Shown here one piece after another: positions 16,020 through 24,647 of a stretch of DNA of 64,000 nucleotides. Under the pieces are notes generated by a model that had not been told where the DNA came from, did no database searches, and saw only the letters and a list, made by a program, of their open reading frames with translations. The position numbers and the translations under genes are program-made. The stretch spans positions 480 to 64,479 of the forward strand of contig DEIC01000011.1 in NCBI GenBank assembly GCA_002352285.1, read 5' to 3'. This DNA comes from Alphaproteobacteria bacterium UBA2784 (GTDB lineage Bacteria; Pseudomonadota; Alphaproteobacteria; Micropepsales; Micropepsaceae). The first letter of the stretch is position 1. Each line of letters begins with the position of its first letter.

Positions 16020-18290
16020 ATGGAGTTCAACCGTAACATTGCGGCCTTGGTGATCACCGGCGTGATCGCGCTGGTCGCTGGCTGGCAGGTGATGCCGCTG
16101 ATCTTTGGCGGTGGTGAGACGGAAACACGCGAAGCCCGCGACGTCAGTCCGGAAGAGGCCGCCCGCCGCGCGCGTGCCAAGGAATTGCGCGCTGCCGCGC
16201 GCCTGGCGACGGATCGCGTCACCAACCCGAACAGCGAACCCGACATCGGCAACTGGATGCTGCATGGCCGCACCTATGACGAGCAGCGCTTTTCGCCGCT
16301 CACCCAGATCAACCGCGACAATGTCGGAACGCTGGGTGTAGCGTGGGAATTCCGCACCAATACGGTGCGCGGCCTGGAATCGAGCCCCATCGTCGTTGAT
16401 GGCATCATGTTCGCGTCAGGCAATTGGGGCGTCGTCTGGGCGCTTGATGCCAAGACCGGTGAATTGCTCTGGACCTATGATCCCGAAGTGCCGGGCGAAT
16501 GGGCACGCAATGCCTGCTGCGACATCGTCAATCGCGGTGTAGCGGTGTGGAAGGGCGGCGTGTTTGTCGCAACCCTTGATGGCCGTCTGGTGAAACTGGA
16601 TGCCGATACCGGCAAGCCGATCTGGGACATCAACACGATTGATCGCAACCGTTCTTACACGATTACGATGGCGCCGCGCATCATCAAGGACATGGTGATT
16701 GTCGGCAATGGCGGTGGCGAGTTTGGCGTGCGCGGCTACTTCACCGCGTACGACACCAAGACCGGCCGCCAGCTCTGGCGCTTCTATACAGTGCCGGGAA
16801 ATCCGGAACTGCCGCTCGAAAACCCGGAACTCGCGGCAGCCTTGCCCACCTGGTCAGATCAAGGCGGCAGCTTCAAATGGTGGGAACTGGGCGGCGGCGG
16901 CACGGTCTGGGATTCAATGGCCTATGATCCGGAGCTTGATCTTCTCTATGTCGGCACCGGCAATGGCAGCCCGTGGAGCCGCTTCATGCGCTCTCCCGGC
17001 GGCGGCGACAATCTCTATGTCTCCTCAATCCTGGCGATCAGGCCCGAGACAGGGGAACTCGTCTGGCATTATCAGACAACACCGGGCGACACGTGGGATT
17101 ACACCGCGACCCAGCACATCGTTCTGGCTGATCTCAACATCAATGGCACGGTGCGCAAGGTGCTGATGCAGGCGCCCAAGAACGGCTTTTTCTATGTGAT
17201 CGACCGCGAGACAGGAAAGCTGATCTCGGCTGACAATTACATCGCCGTGACATGGGCAAAGGGCATCGACTTCTCAACCGGCCGCCCGATTGAAAATCCC
17301 GAGGCGCTCTATAACGAGAACATGGCTGTGGTCGTGCCTGCGCCCGCCGGTGGCCACAACTGGCAGCCCATGGCGTGGAACCCGAATGACGGCCTCATGT
17401 ACATCCCGGTGATGGAGCAGTCGGCAGGCATCTATTCGCGTGAGCGGCCCGAGGCCTATGTGCCCGGCATCTGGAACACCGGTAATGACTTCAGCGCCAT
17501 TGTCGAATTCATCCAGAACGTGATCGCATCGGGTCAGACGCTGCCGCCCGTGCTTGGCTTCATACGCGCGTGGGATCCCGTGACACAGACCGAGCGCTGG
17601 TCGGTGCCGATGACGGGTTCCTGGAACTCCGGCATGATGACGACGGCGAGCGGCCTTCTGTTTGCAGGGGGCGGCGACGGCATTTTTGCTGCCTACAATT
17701 CCACTTCTGGCGAGCAATTGTGGAAGATCGATCTGACCACCGGCATTCTGGCCCCCTCAGTCACCTATACGGTTGATGGCGAGCAATATGTGGCAGTGGT
17801 GGCGGGATGGGGCGGCGTAGGCCTCACCAATCTGCGCGATCCCAACATGGCGGCAATCAAATACGGCACCAATCAGGGCCGCATCTTTGCCTTCAAACTG
17901 GGTGGCCGCCAGAGCGTGGAGCCGATTGCCGCCGAAGCGCGCGGCATGGAGGCGCCGCCTGAAGGCGTGCCCGATCCCGGCATGGTCGATCAGGGCTTCC
18001 GCCTCTACAACCGCAATTGTCTCGTGTGTCACGGCTTCTTTGCGGAATCGACCGGCGTGATCCCCGATCTGCGCATGAGCGATCGCGGCGTGTGGGATTC
18101 ATGGGACGCGATCGTGCTGGAGGGCGCGCTGTCAGCCAATGGCATGGCCTCGTTCGCCGACGTGCTGAAGCCCGAAGACGTCGCCGACATCAGGGCCTAT
18201 GTGCTGGCGCAAGCACAAAAGCTCTGGGCGGCTACGTCAGGCCCTGCTCCCGCACCCGCGCCCGAACCGGCACCCGAAACGCCGCAGTAA
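16020..18290 (+). CDS. PQQ-dependent quinohemoprotein alcohol dehydrogenase (type II ADH-like) with N-terminal membrane anchor
   Basis: Vicinal Cys NACCD, propeller W-repeats, C-terminal cytochrome c domain with CLVCH. ATG at 16020 (MEFNRNIAALVITGVIALVAG). Confidence 0.85.
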   Translation: MEFNRNIAALVITGVIALVAGWQVMPLIFGGGETETREARDVSPEEAARRARAKELRAAARLATDRVTNPNSEPDIGNWMLHGRTYDEQRFSPLTQINRDNVGTLGVAWEFRTNTVRGLESSPIVVDGIMFASGNWGVVWALDAKTGELLWTYDPEVPGEWARNACCDIVNRGVAVWKGGVFVATLDGRLVKLDADTGKPIWDINTIDRNRSYTITMAPRIIKDMVIVGNGGGEFGVRGYFTAYDTKTGRQLWRFYTVPGNPELPLENPELAAALPTWSDQGGSFKWWELGGGGTVWDSMAYDPELDLLYVGTGNGSPWSRFMRSPGGGDNLYVSSILAIRPETGELVWHYQTTPGDTWDYTATQHIVLADLNINGTVRKVLMQAPKNGFFYVIDRETGKLISADNYIAVTWAKGIDFSTGRPIENPEALYNENMAVVVPAPAGGHNWQPMAWNPNDGLMYIPVMEQSAGIYSRERPEAYVPGIWNTGNDFSAIVEFIQNVIASGQTLPPVLGFIRAWDPVTQTERWSVPMTGSWNSGMMTTASGLLFAGGGDGIFAAYNSTSGEQLWKIDLTTGILAPSVTYTVDGEQYVAVVAGWGGVGLTNLRDPNMAAIKYGTNQGRIFAFKLGGRQSVEPIAAEARGMEAPPEGVPDPGMVDQGFRLYNRNCLVCHGFFAESTGVIPDLRMSDRGVWDSWDAIVLEGALSANGMASFADVLKPEDVADIRAYVLAQAQKLWAATSGPAPAPAPEPAPETPQ

Positions 18291-18292
18291 GT

Positions 18293-19459
18293 TCAGACGG
18301 AAAGGGTGTTGAGCGCGTGTAGCAGCGCCTCAACATCTCTTTCATCGTGATAGATGCCAAAGCCGATGCGCAGGCGGTCTGCGCGGTAATCCGTCATCAC
18401 GCGCTTTGCCGCCAGCGCATCGTGAATCGCGCCAGCCTTCTGCGTAATGAAGGTCAGAAACCGCCCGCGTGATGGCGCATCCGCAACCGCCAGCATGTGC
18501 GCTGCCAACACGCCGCTCTCGCCAAGCCCGTCGAGAAACTGCTGCTGCAACGCCAGCACATGCGCGTGCTGTGCGCCGAGGGAGATGCCCAGCGATTGCT
18601 GCCAGCGCATCACGGCATTGAGGCGATAAAGGCCGGAGGGATCAAATGTTGCGCCCGCAAAGCGCGAGCCATCGCTGCCATAGCCTATGCGTCCGTCGCG
18701 CGGCTTTTCCAGCGCGCCAAACTCTGCATACCAGCCCGTATCGCGTGGCCGTGGCCCGTAACCCGGCGGACAATGCATGAAGCACACGCCTTCGCCCGCC
18801 ATCGCATATTTGTAGCCGCCCGCAAGATAGAACGCGCGCCCCGCAATCGCCGAAAGATCCGTCTCGATCGCCATGAAGCCGTGATAGCCATCGATCACGA
18901 TGAAATGCGCGTGTGGCGAAAGCGCAGCCACCAACCCGGCAATATCCGGCACGATGAAGCCGGAGTTGAAAAAGACGTGGCTCACAAAGGCAATGTCAAA
19001 GCCGCCCGCGCTGGCCGCCGCTGCAAATCGCGCCGCGAATGTTTCGTGCGGCTGCAACGGCACACGCACGATCTCGGCAAGGCCTTCCTCCTCCAGCCGC
19101 ATGGTCTGGCGGGTGAAGGAGTGAAACTCGGCATCACTGGCAAGGATGCGCAAGGTCTTTCCCGCCGGAAAACACGAGAAAAGCCGCACCACAAAATCAT
19201 GCGTATTCGGCGCAAACACGATACTGCCGGGATCGGGCAGATGCAGCACGCGCGCCACATGGCGCTGCGCCTCGGGCAGCACGGTGCCGAATACATGGCC
19301 CCATTTGTCATCCAGAAGGCGCGCCGCGTCATCCCACGCCTGCATCTGCGCCGTGCGGGAAACATCGGGCCATGGATGATGCGAATGGGCTGCAAAGTGA
19401 AGCGGCGCACCTGGAGCCCCCACACTCTGCGAAAAATGTGCCTTGAGGCTCAGCATCAA
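18293..19459 (-). CDS. kynU: kynureninase-like class V PLP enzyme
   Basis: GGYKYAMAGEG (PLP-Lys block) and TDYRADRLRIGFGIYH resemble kynureninase blocks. It is directly downstream of tryptophan 2,3-dioxygenase. Confidence 0.65.
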   Translation of the reverse strand: MMLSLKAHFSQSVGAPGAPLHFAAHSHHPWPDVSRTAQMQAWDDAARLLDDKWGHVFGTVLPEAQRHVARVLHLPDPGSIVFAPNTHDFVVRLFSCFPAGKTLRILASDAEFHSFTRQTMRLEEEGLAEIVRVPLQPHETFAARFAAAASAGGFDIAFVSHVFFNSGFIVPDIAGLVAALSPHAHFIVIDGYHGFMAIETDLSAIAGRAFYLAGGYKYAMAGEGVCFMHCPPGYGPRPRDTGWYAEFGALEKPRDGRIGYGSDGSRFAGATFDPSGLYRLNAVMRWQQSLGISLGAQHAHVLALQQQFLDGLGESGVLAAHMLAVADAPSRGRFLTFITQKAGAIHDALAAKRVMTDYRADRLRIGFGIYHDERDVEALLHALNTLSV

Positions 19460-19461
19460 GC

Positions 19462-20532
19462 TCAGGCCTCGAAGCGATAGCGCATGGCGCGCCGCACATC
19501 ATCCGGCAGCTTCGGCATGGCAGAGCGCGGGATCAGGAATGTGGTAAGCGCGAAAAGATCGTTGAACACGCGATGCTCGTCAGCCGTTGCGCGCAGATAT
19601 TGCGCGCCGGACGATCCGCCCGTACCCACCTTGGAGCCAATCATGCGCGAGACCATCAACGCATGGCGCAGCCGCCACAGCGCCATTTGCTCATCAAGGT
19701 CCATGAACGCATGCAACAGGCGGAAGGGCAGTTGCAGCGCGGGCTCGTCACGGTAGAGGAAGATGAAAAGGGCTGCCTGCAACGCGCGGCGCGACATCAC
19801 AAAGCCGCCTTGCGCGCGGATCGCCGCATAACGCGCATCGTCAATCAGCGCGTCAAGAATGGCGCGGCTCTTCTCCAGCGCCGCCGTCTGCACCTGCTTT
19901 TCCTGCGCCGATAACTGCGGATGCGCGGCGATCATGGCGATGTCGCCCTTCAACATCGCATCCAGTGCCGCGCCATAGGCCTCGCGGAAGGTAAAGCCGC
20001 CCATCTCCACAAAGGGCGTGCGCGAAAGCCAGGCATCAAGTGCTGCCAGCACCGTGCGCTTTTCCTCCTCGGCCTTGACGCGCGTGCGCGCATCTTCCGG
20101 CAGCCGCGTATCGAACGTATGGCCGTCAAATGAGAGGCGGCGCGCGCGCGAAAGCCCCAGCCGCGCTTCGATGATGCGGAACTGCTCGCTTTGAAAGCCC
20201 GAGGCGGGCACCAGCATGTTGCGGAACTCAAGGAAATCCATCGGCGTCATGGTTTCCAGAATGTCGATCTGGGCAACCAGATGCCGCTGGATGCGCACGA
20301 TACGCTCGGCGGCGTGCACGGCACGGCCCAGATCGGCCTCATCGACGCTGTCTTCGCCGAAGATGCCGTCAATCAGGCCGATCTCGTGGATGATCTGCTT
20401 GAACCACAGCTCATAGGATTGATGGATGATGATGAAAAGCATCTCGTCATGCGCGGGCGTGCCGCGCCGCGCACTTTCCGGCGCCTGCGCCGAAAGGATG
20501 CGGGAGAGCTGGAGATAGGAAGCGTAGTCCAT
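19462..20532 (-). CDS. kynA: tryptophan 2,3-dioxygenase
   Basis: MDYASYLQLSRILSAQ...HDEMLFIIIHQSYELWFKQIIHE is the TDO signature. The start is set at ATG 20532; the called ORF runs on through a repeat element. Confidence 0.85.
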   Translation of the reverse strand: MDYASYLQLSRILSAQAPESARRGTPAHDEMLFIIIHQSYELWFKQIIHEIGLIDGIFGEDSVDEADLGRAVHAAERIVRIQRHLVAQIDILETMTPMDFLEFRNMLVPASGFQSEQFRIIEARLGLSRARRLSFDGHTFDTRLPEDARTRVKAEEEKRTVLAALDAWLSRTPFVEMGGFTFREAYGAALDAMLKGDIAMIAAHPQLSAQEKQVQTAALEKSRAILDALIDDARYAAIRAQGGFVMSRRALQAALFIFLYRDEPALQLPFRLLHAFMDLDEQMALWRLRHALMVSRMIGSKVGTGGSSGAQYLRATADEHRVFNDLFALTTFLIPRSAMPKLPDDVRRAMRYRFEA

Positions 20533-20590
20533 CTGCGTTACCTGTTTGCGGAGCCTGCTGGCGTTGCGCGCAAACTGATCCAGGCGGGGA

Positions 20591-20630
20591 GGCAGTGCAA
20601 GGAAAGAGTGGGTGACGCGCGGCAGTGCAA
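20591..20630. promoter_or_regulatory. direct repeat GGCAGTGCAA x2 spaced exactly 30 bp, upstream of kynA
   Basis: Identical 10-mers at 20591-20600 and 20621-20630, 60-100 bp upstream of the kynA start. Confidence 0.35.
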
Positions 20631-20645
20631 CGCAATCAAACCTTT

Positions 20646-20805
20646 GCCTCCCCCGTTCTTGGGGGAGGCCAGCGATGCTTTTGCATCGCGGGTGGGGGGC
20701 ACCATATCCCAACTCAGTGCAGCGTCCCGCAACCCCACCGGACTTGCAATTCGTGCAAACGCACTCATGCAAGCCCCGCCTCCCCTTTAAGAAAAGGGGA
20801 GGCGC
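20646..20805 (-). repeat. five-hairpin intergenic repeat, subfamily 1, copy B
   Basis: GCCTCCCCC-GTTCTT-GGGGGAGGC; AGCGATGC-TTTT-GCATCGC; GGTGGGGGG...CCCCACC; CTTGCA...TGCAAG; CGCCTCCCC-TTTAAGAAA-AGGGGAGGCG. Confidence 0.85.
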
Positions 20806-20850
20806 AACCAAGGAGCAGGCTGACTGAGATGACACAGAGACAGCGCCAGT

Positions 20851-20880
20851 AAGAAAGGGCCGGGGTCTCCCCCGGGCCCT
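20851..20880 (-). terminator. rho-independent terminator for the 20904-21626 gene
   Basis: GC-rich hairpin AGGGCCCGGGG / CCCCGGCCCT (one bulge) followed on the minus strand by TTTCTT. Confidence 0.65.
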
Positions 20881-20903
20881 TGAACATCAGCGCTGCCAGC
20901 TGA

Positions 20904-21626
20904 TCACGGACGATAGATGCCAATCGTCACGAATGACCGTGACTGGGGCCGGCACACCATCACCACCTTGCGCACATTGCGCTCGCTGCCATGCAGATCG
21001 ACAGAATAGGTGCGGTCCTCGCGCATATAGCCGCCGTCGCCGACGGTGACATTGCGCGTGCGGCCATTGCCATAATGGATCGTGATGCGGCGGCAGAATG
21101 CATCATCATCCGTGGCGCGGAAGCCAAGCCGGTCCATAGAACCGGCAAAGCGGGTGAACTGCTGCTCGCGGTCGCCGCCAAACCAGGAATGGAAGGTTTC
21201 ATAGCCGATCAGCTCCCAGTTCGCGCCGCCGCCACCGCCGCCCGAGCGCAGATCGCCCCAGCCCGAAATGCCGATGCGCGTGCGGCCATTGCCCGTCGAG
21301 CGGCAACGGAATGTGAGCCGCGTGATGTTGCGCTCGGCGCCCGGCAGATCAACCTGGATATGATTGCCCTCGCGCAGATTGCCGCTGAAAATGTCGCGCG
21401 TATTGCCATTGGCAAAATGCGCGCGGATGAAGCGGCACGTGGCAGAATGGTTGTTCGCCTTGATCTTGATCCGCGAATAGCGGCCATTAGGCGGATAGAC
21501 GGTTTCGGTTGAATCGCCCTGACCGAAATAGGCAGACGAGAACTGGATCCAGTCGTCTGCTGCAGCCGGCGCCGCCGTAAAGGCCAGGCCCGCCAGCGCG
21601 GCAAGGCCAATGATGAATTTGCGCAT
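20904..21626 (-). CDS. secreted protein with two tandem DUF2541-like repeats joined by a poly-Gly linker
   Basis: Signal peptide MRKFIIGLAALAGLAFTAAPAAA. The two halves align (C-R-x-I-x-x-H-x-x-N-G-x-T-R ... V-D-L-x-G-x-E-R-N-[IV] ... C-R ... I-G-I). Confidence 0.6.
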   Translation of the reverse strand: MRKFIIGLAALAGLAFTAAPAAADDWIQFSSAYFGQGDSTETVYPPNGRYSRIKIKANNHSATCRFIRAHFANGNTRDIFSGNLREGNHIQVDLPGAERNITRLTFRCRSTGNGRTRIGISGWGDLRSGGGGGGANWELIGYETFHSWFGGDREQQFTRFAGSMDRLGFRATDDDAFCRRITIHYGNGRTRNVTVGDGGYMREDRTYSVDLHGSERNVRKVVMVCRPQSRSFVTIGIYRP

Positions 21627-21790
21627 GTGCTGTCCTCCCGAATGAAACACGCATCCACTTGAACGCGATGTTACATCACATGCCGTCGCGGCAAAACCCG
21701 CGCCTGCCGCTGTTTTCTGCACCATTGGCACGTTCAGACGTCACATTTGCTGCCGACTGACCGGCGGGCAGGGCGTGCCTGAATGCATGT

Positions 21791-22429
21791 TCAGGTCACG
21801 GGCGTGAAAATGCCGGTTGTGCGGTCAAGCCGCATCAGCGCGCCACTCGTGATGTCGAAATAGAGACCATGGATCGAAAGACGCCCATCCGCCACGCGCT
21901 CGGCGATCCAGGGAAAGGTCATCAGGTTGGTCAGGCTGGTCTTGACGCCCTCGATCTCGGTCAGATGGCAAAGACGCAGGTGATCCGCCGCGCGTCCCTC
22001 GCGCGCGGCAATGGTGCGCGCCCGCTCCCGCGCCGGAATGGCCACCTGCATCCACGGTTCGATGAAGTCGGTTGTGTGCGCTTGCGCATTCATGCCGACC
22101 AGCGTGGCGATGCCGCCGCAACGCGCATGGCCGAGCACGACCATATTCTCGACCTCAAGCCCCTTGACCGCAAACTCGATGGCCGCCGATGTGCCGTGAT
22201 AGTCGCCATCGGGCGCATACGGTGGCACCACATTGGCCACATTGCGCACCATGAAGACATCGCCCGGTGCGGTATCAAACGTGATCGCCGGATCAACGCG
22301 CGCATCGGCACAGCCGATGATCATGGTCTTGGGCCGCTGGCCGCGCGTGGCCAGCTCTTCAAAGAGCTTGTGGTTCGCGGCGTAATAACCGTCGCGGAAC
22401 CGCCGATAGCCTGCAAGCAGATGATCCAT
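21791..22429 (-). CDS. beta-class carbonic anhydrase
   Basis: IGCADARVDP and LGHARCGG zinc-ligand blocks. The ATG at 22429 is preceded by AAGGGG. Confidence 0.85.
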   Translation of the reverse strand: MDHLLAGYRRFRDGYYAANHKLFEELATRGQRPKTMIIGCADARVDPAITFDTAPGDVFMVRNVANVVPPYAPDGDYHGTSAAIEFAVKGLEVENMVVLGHARCGGIATLVGMNAQAHTTDFIEPWMQVAIPARERARTIAAREGRAADHLRLCHLTEIEGVKTSLTNLMTFPWIAERVADGRLSIHGLYFDITSGALMRLDRTTGIFTPVT

Positions 22430-22578
22430 TGCGCCCCTTTTTCTCCCGTGCACCGTTTAAGACACAATGAAACGGATGAAAAGCCGGAGAATTTTGCAGT
22501 GCACAAGTCCAACGGAAACGTCGCGATGCATGTGTGAAGTGATAGAATGGCGCATTGGCGGTTAAGGGAGGGGATTCC

Positions 22579-23433
22579 ATGCGATCGATGAAACCGCTTG
22601 GCATAGTTCTTTCAGCGTTTCTGGTTTTGCTGGCCACGCCCGCCCGCGCCGGGGGCGTTCAGCCGCCGGAATATCTGCACAGCACCGCTGAAGTCGATGC
22701 CGCAGCCACCGCAACCCGTACGGAGGCAGAAAACTGCCGTCTGCTGGCCGAGGGCATGCAGATGGCGCTTGATAATCCCGACGCCATTCTTCTCCTCAAC
22801 AACAATGCAGTACAGATCATCATGCCGCGCCATGTGGATGAGCTGATCGCGCGTCTGCGCCTGCTCTACATCGCCGATCCCGATTCGGTGAGCCAGCACA
22901 AGGCGGGTCTGGCAACCGCCCTGGGCATTCCCGAATGGACGCTGGATGGCATTCTCGATGCCGACAGCCTGATGAGCGATATGGCGGGCGGCGCCGTAAT
23001 GGGCCTGCTGCGCGAACACTTCGCCAACGACATCGCAACCGCGCGCACGCGGATGGAAAATACCATCCGTGCCTGCGCCGCAATCCAGCAGATGGCAGAA
23101 CTCTATCTGGTCGGGTTGGAGGAGCGCCGCAAAGAGCTTCTGGGCGCGGGCGCCCAAACCGTGACCTATGCCGGCAATGATCTCCTCATTAACGGCCTGC
23201 CGCTGGATGTGTGCATGCATGCCAGCATGGATCCTTATGACGGCGAGCTCTATCCGTGCGAGGGCTATGCCGCCAACCGCTTCTGCCAGTCAAAAGGCCA
23301 TGCGGCGCAAATCTCGTTCCAGTGGATTTATCTGGCGCGCAGTTCCTATCCCGATGGCTCGGTTTGCGACAAGGGCGAGGAATTCGGCTGCGCTGCCTTC
23401 ACCGAAATCACGTGCGGTTCCCCTCCGGGGTGA
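22579..23433 (+). CDS. secreted hypothetical protein with C-terminal 6-Cys module
   Basis: Signal peptide MRSMKPLGIVLSAFLVLLATPARA, RBS AAGGGAGGGG, no recognisable domain. Confidence 0.55.
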   Translation: MRSMKPLGIVLSAFLVLLATPARAGGVQPPEYLHSTAEVDAAATATRTEAENCRLLAEGMQMALDNPDAILLLNNNAVQIIMPRHVDELIARLRLLYIADPDSVSQHKAGLATALGIPEWTLDGILDADSLMSDMAGGAVMGLLREHFANDIATARTRMENTIRACAAIQQMAELYLVGLEERRKELLGAGAQTVTYAGNDLLINGLPLDVCMHASMDPYDGELYPCEGYAANRFCQSKGHAAQISFQWIYLARSSYPDGSVCDKGEEFGCAAFTEITCGSPPG

Positions 23434-23442
23434 GGGGCAGCC

Positions 23443-24129
23443 CTAAATTGGCCCAGGCGGCGTAAGAAAGAACAGCAGCGCGTTGACAGCGTGCTCGAGT
23501 TCCCGCCCCCTTCCCCTGGCAAGGTGACTTCTAAACTCCGGAAAGTCAAACCCGCGCGGCAACTGGGAGGACGCAACGAAACCCACCACCGCATCGTCAT
23601 AGCGCCGCTCTATCGCTTGAAAAACGCCGACCTCCGGCAGCAATGGATGCAGCCTCATGCCTATCAGAAGATTGATCACGCGAATGGCCGACAATGGGTC
23701 TGCCCCGGTCTTTATATCGGTGAGCAGCGCAATGAGTCTTTTGCGAATGGCTTCGCTGTAAGGCGTGAATGTGTCGTATCTGACAACGTATGGCTCTGGT
23801 TCACGTATGTGCTCTTCACGTCTGAAGTGATAGTTCCAATATCTATACGCGGTTCTATCGTACCTCGCGCCCGTGAATCGGCCATCGCGGATGGAAATGA
23901 GGGCCTCCGATCCGTCCTGCCCGCATTGCGAGCAGTCTCTTCCATATCCGGGAATTTCCCGGTCATAGCAAAGTTCCCACGCCGAGTCATGATCCTCAAG
24001 AGGCACTTCATCACCCGGGCGCAGCACGAGCAGGCGTAGATAGCCGAACTTGTACTGAATGACGTTGGGATAAGTGCTCCCGCACGCTGGGCACGCGGTA
24101 TCGGTTATGAAATCATTGAACGTACCCAT
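23443..24129 (-). CDS. hypothetical protein with split zinc-ribbon-like CxxC...CxxC N-terminal half and helical C-terminal half
   Basis: 228-aa ORF in a roughly 50% GC stretch. C13-P-A-C16 and C66-S-Q-C69. The opposite-strand ORF 23491-24039 looks non-coding. Confidence 0.5.
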   Translation of the reverse strand: MGTFNDFITDTACPACGSTYPNVIQYKFGYLRLLVLRPGDEVPLEDHDSAWELCYDREIPGYGRDCSQCGQDGSEALISIRDGRFTGARYDRTAYRYWNYHFRREEHIREPEPYVVRYDTFTPYSEAIRKRLIALLTDIKTGADPLSAIRVINLLIGMRLHPLLPEVGVFQAIERRYDDAVVGFVASSQLPRGFDFPEFRSHLARGRGRELEHAVNALLFFLTPPGPI

Positions 24130-24254
24130 ATCAGTGCCTGGAATCCGACGAGGGTTCTGTGTCTAGGAGACAACGACACGCGCGGCAGCGCAAGGGCTGT
24201 GCAGTGAACTGCGCGGCACTGCTTCATCCATTATGCCAGCATTGCCATTGCCTG

Positions 24255-24590
24255 CTACTTGGAGAAATCCTGCTCAAAGCCAGCAATGGCTTCGAGCAGC
24301 GTGGGATAGAATTTTCCGCGTTCTTCGGGCGGGCAATCATAGAACAGCTCAAGAGTCGTTGCTTGCGGACGCAGTGGTTCAATGGGCGCCCCATTCTCCT
24401 TGAACGAAATCCAGTCCATTTGCTGCACGCCAAACCTGCCTGTCTCGAGGTTTTCAAGGCAAGTAAAGACATGGACATATGTGTCGCCGTGACGAAGCAC
24501 AGTGTGCACGCGATAGAGCGTCATGGGATGAAGCGCGAGATGCGCGCGGTTTGAGTGCATAAGCGGACCGGGTTCAGCCGCCGCAGGCAT
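24255..24590 (-). CDS. small hypothetical protein (89-111 aa, start uncertain: 24590, 24560 or 24524)
   Basis: ORF in a roughly 50% GC stretch, no clear SD for any start, no recognisable domain. Confidence 0.4.
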   Translation of the reverse strand: MPAAAEPGPLMHSNRAHLALHPMTLYRVHTVLRHGDTYVHVFTCLENLETGRFGVQQMDWISFKENGAPIEPLRPQATTLELFYDCPPEERGKFYPTLLEAIAGFEQDFSK

Positions 24591-24647
24591 TCATTATTCT
24601 GGCGCGATCAGTCTGTCGAGAGTGAGTGGTTGCGCAAAACTCCCCCT

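Noticed and set aside
19462-20835. N-terminal extensions of called ORFs that run through repeat elements or upstream regions: kynA to 20835, SDR to 42852, groES to 28770, cinA from 34566, maoC from 47441 and lspA from 51992.
   Set aside because: In each case a conserved protein N-terminus begins at an internal ATG with a plausible SD. The extension translates the hairpin repeat or overlaps a neighbouring gene.
23491-24039. Plus-strand ORFs (23491-24039 and 24159-24554) opposite the two low-GC orphan genes.
   Set aside because: Their translations are Arg/His/Cys-rich and lack secondary-structure-like periodicity. The minus-strand products have CxxC pairs and helical segments. The choice remains uncertain, which is reflected in the low feature confidence.
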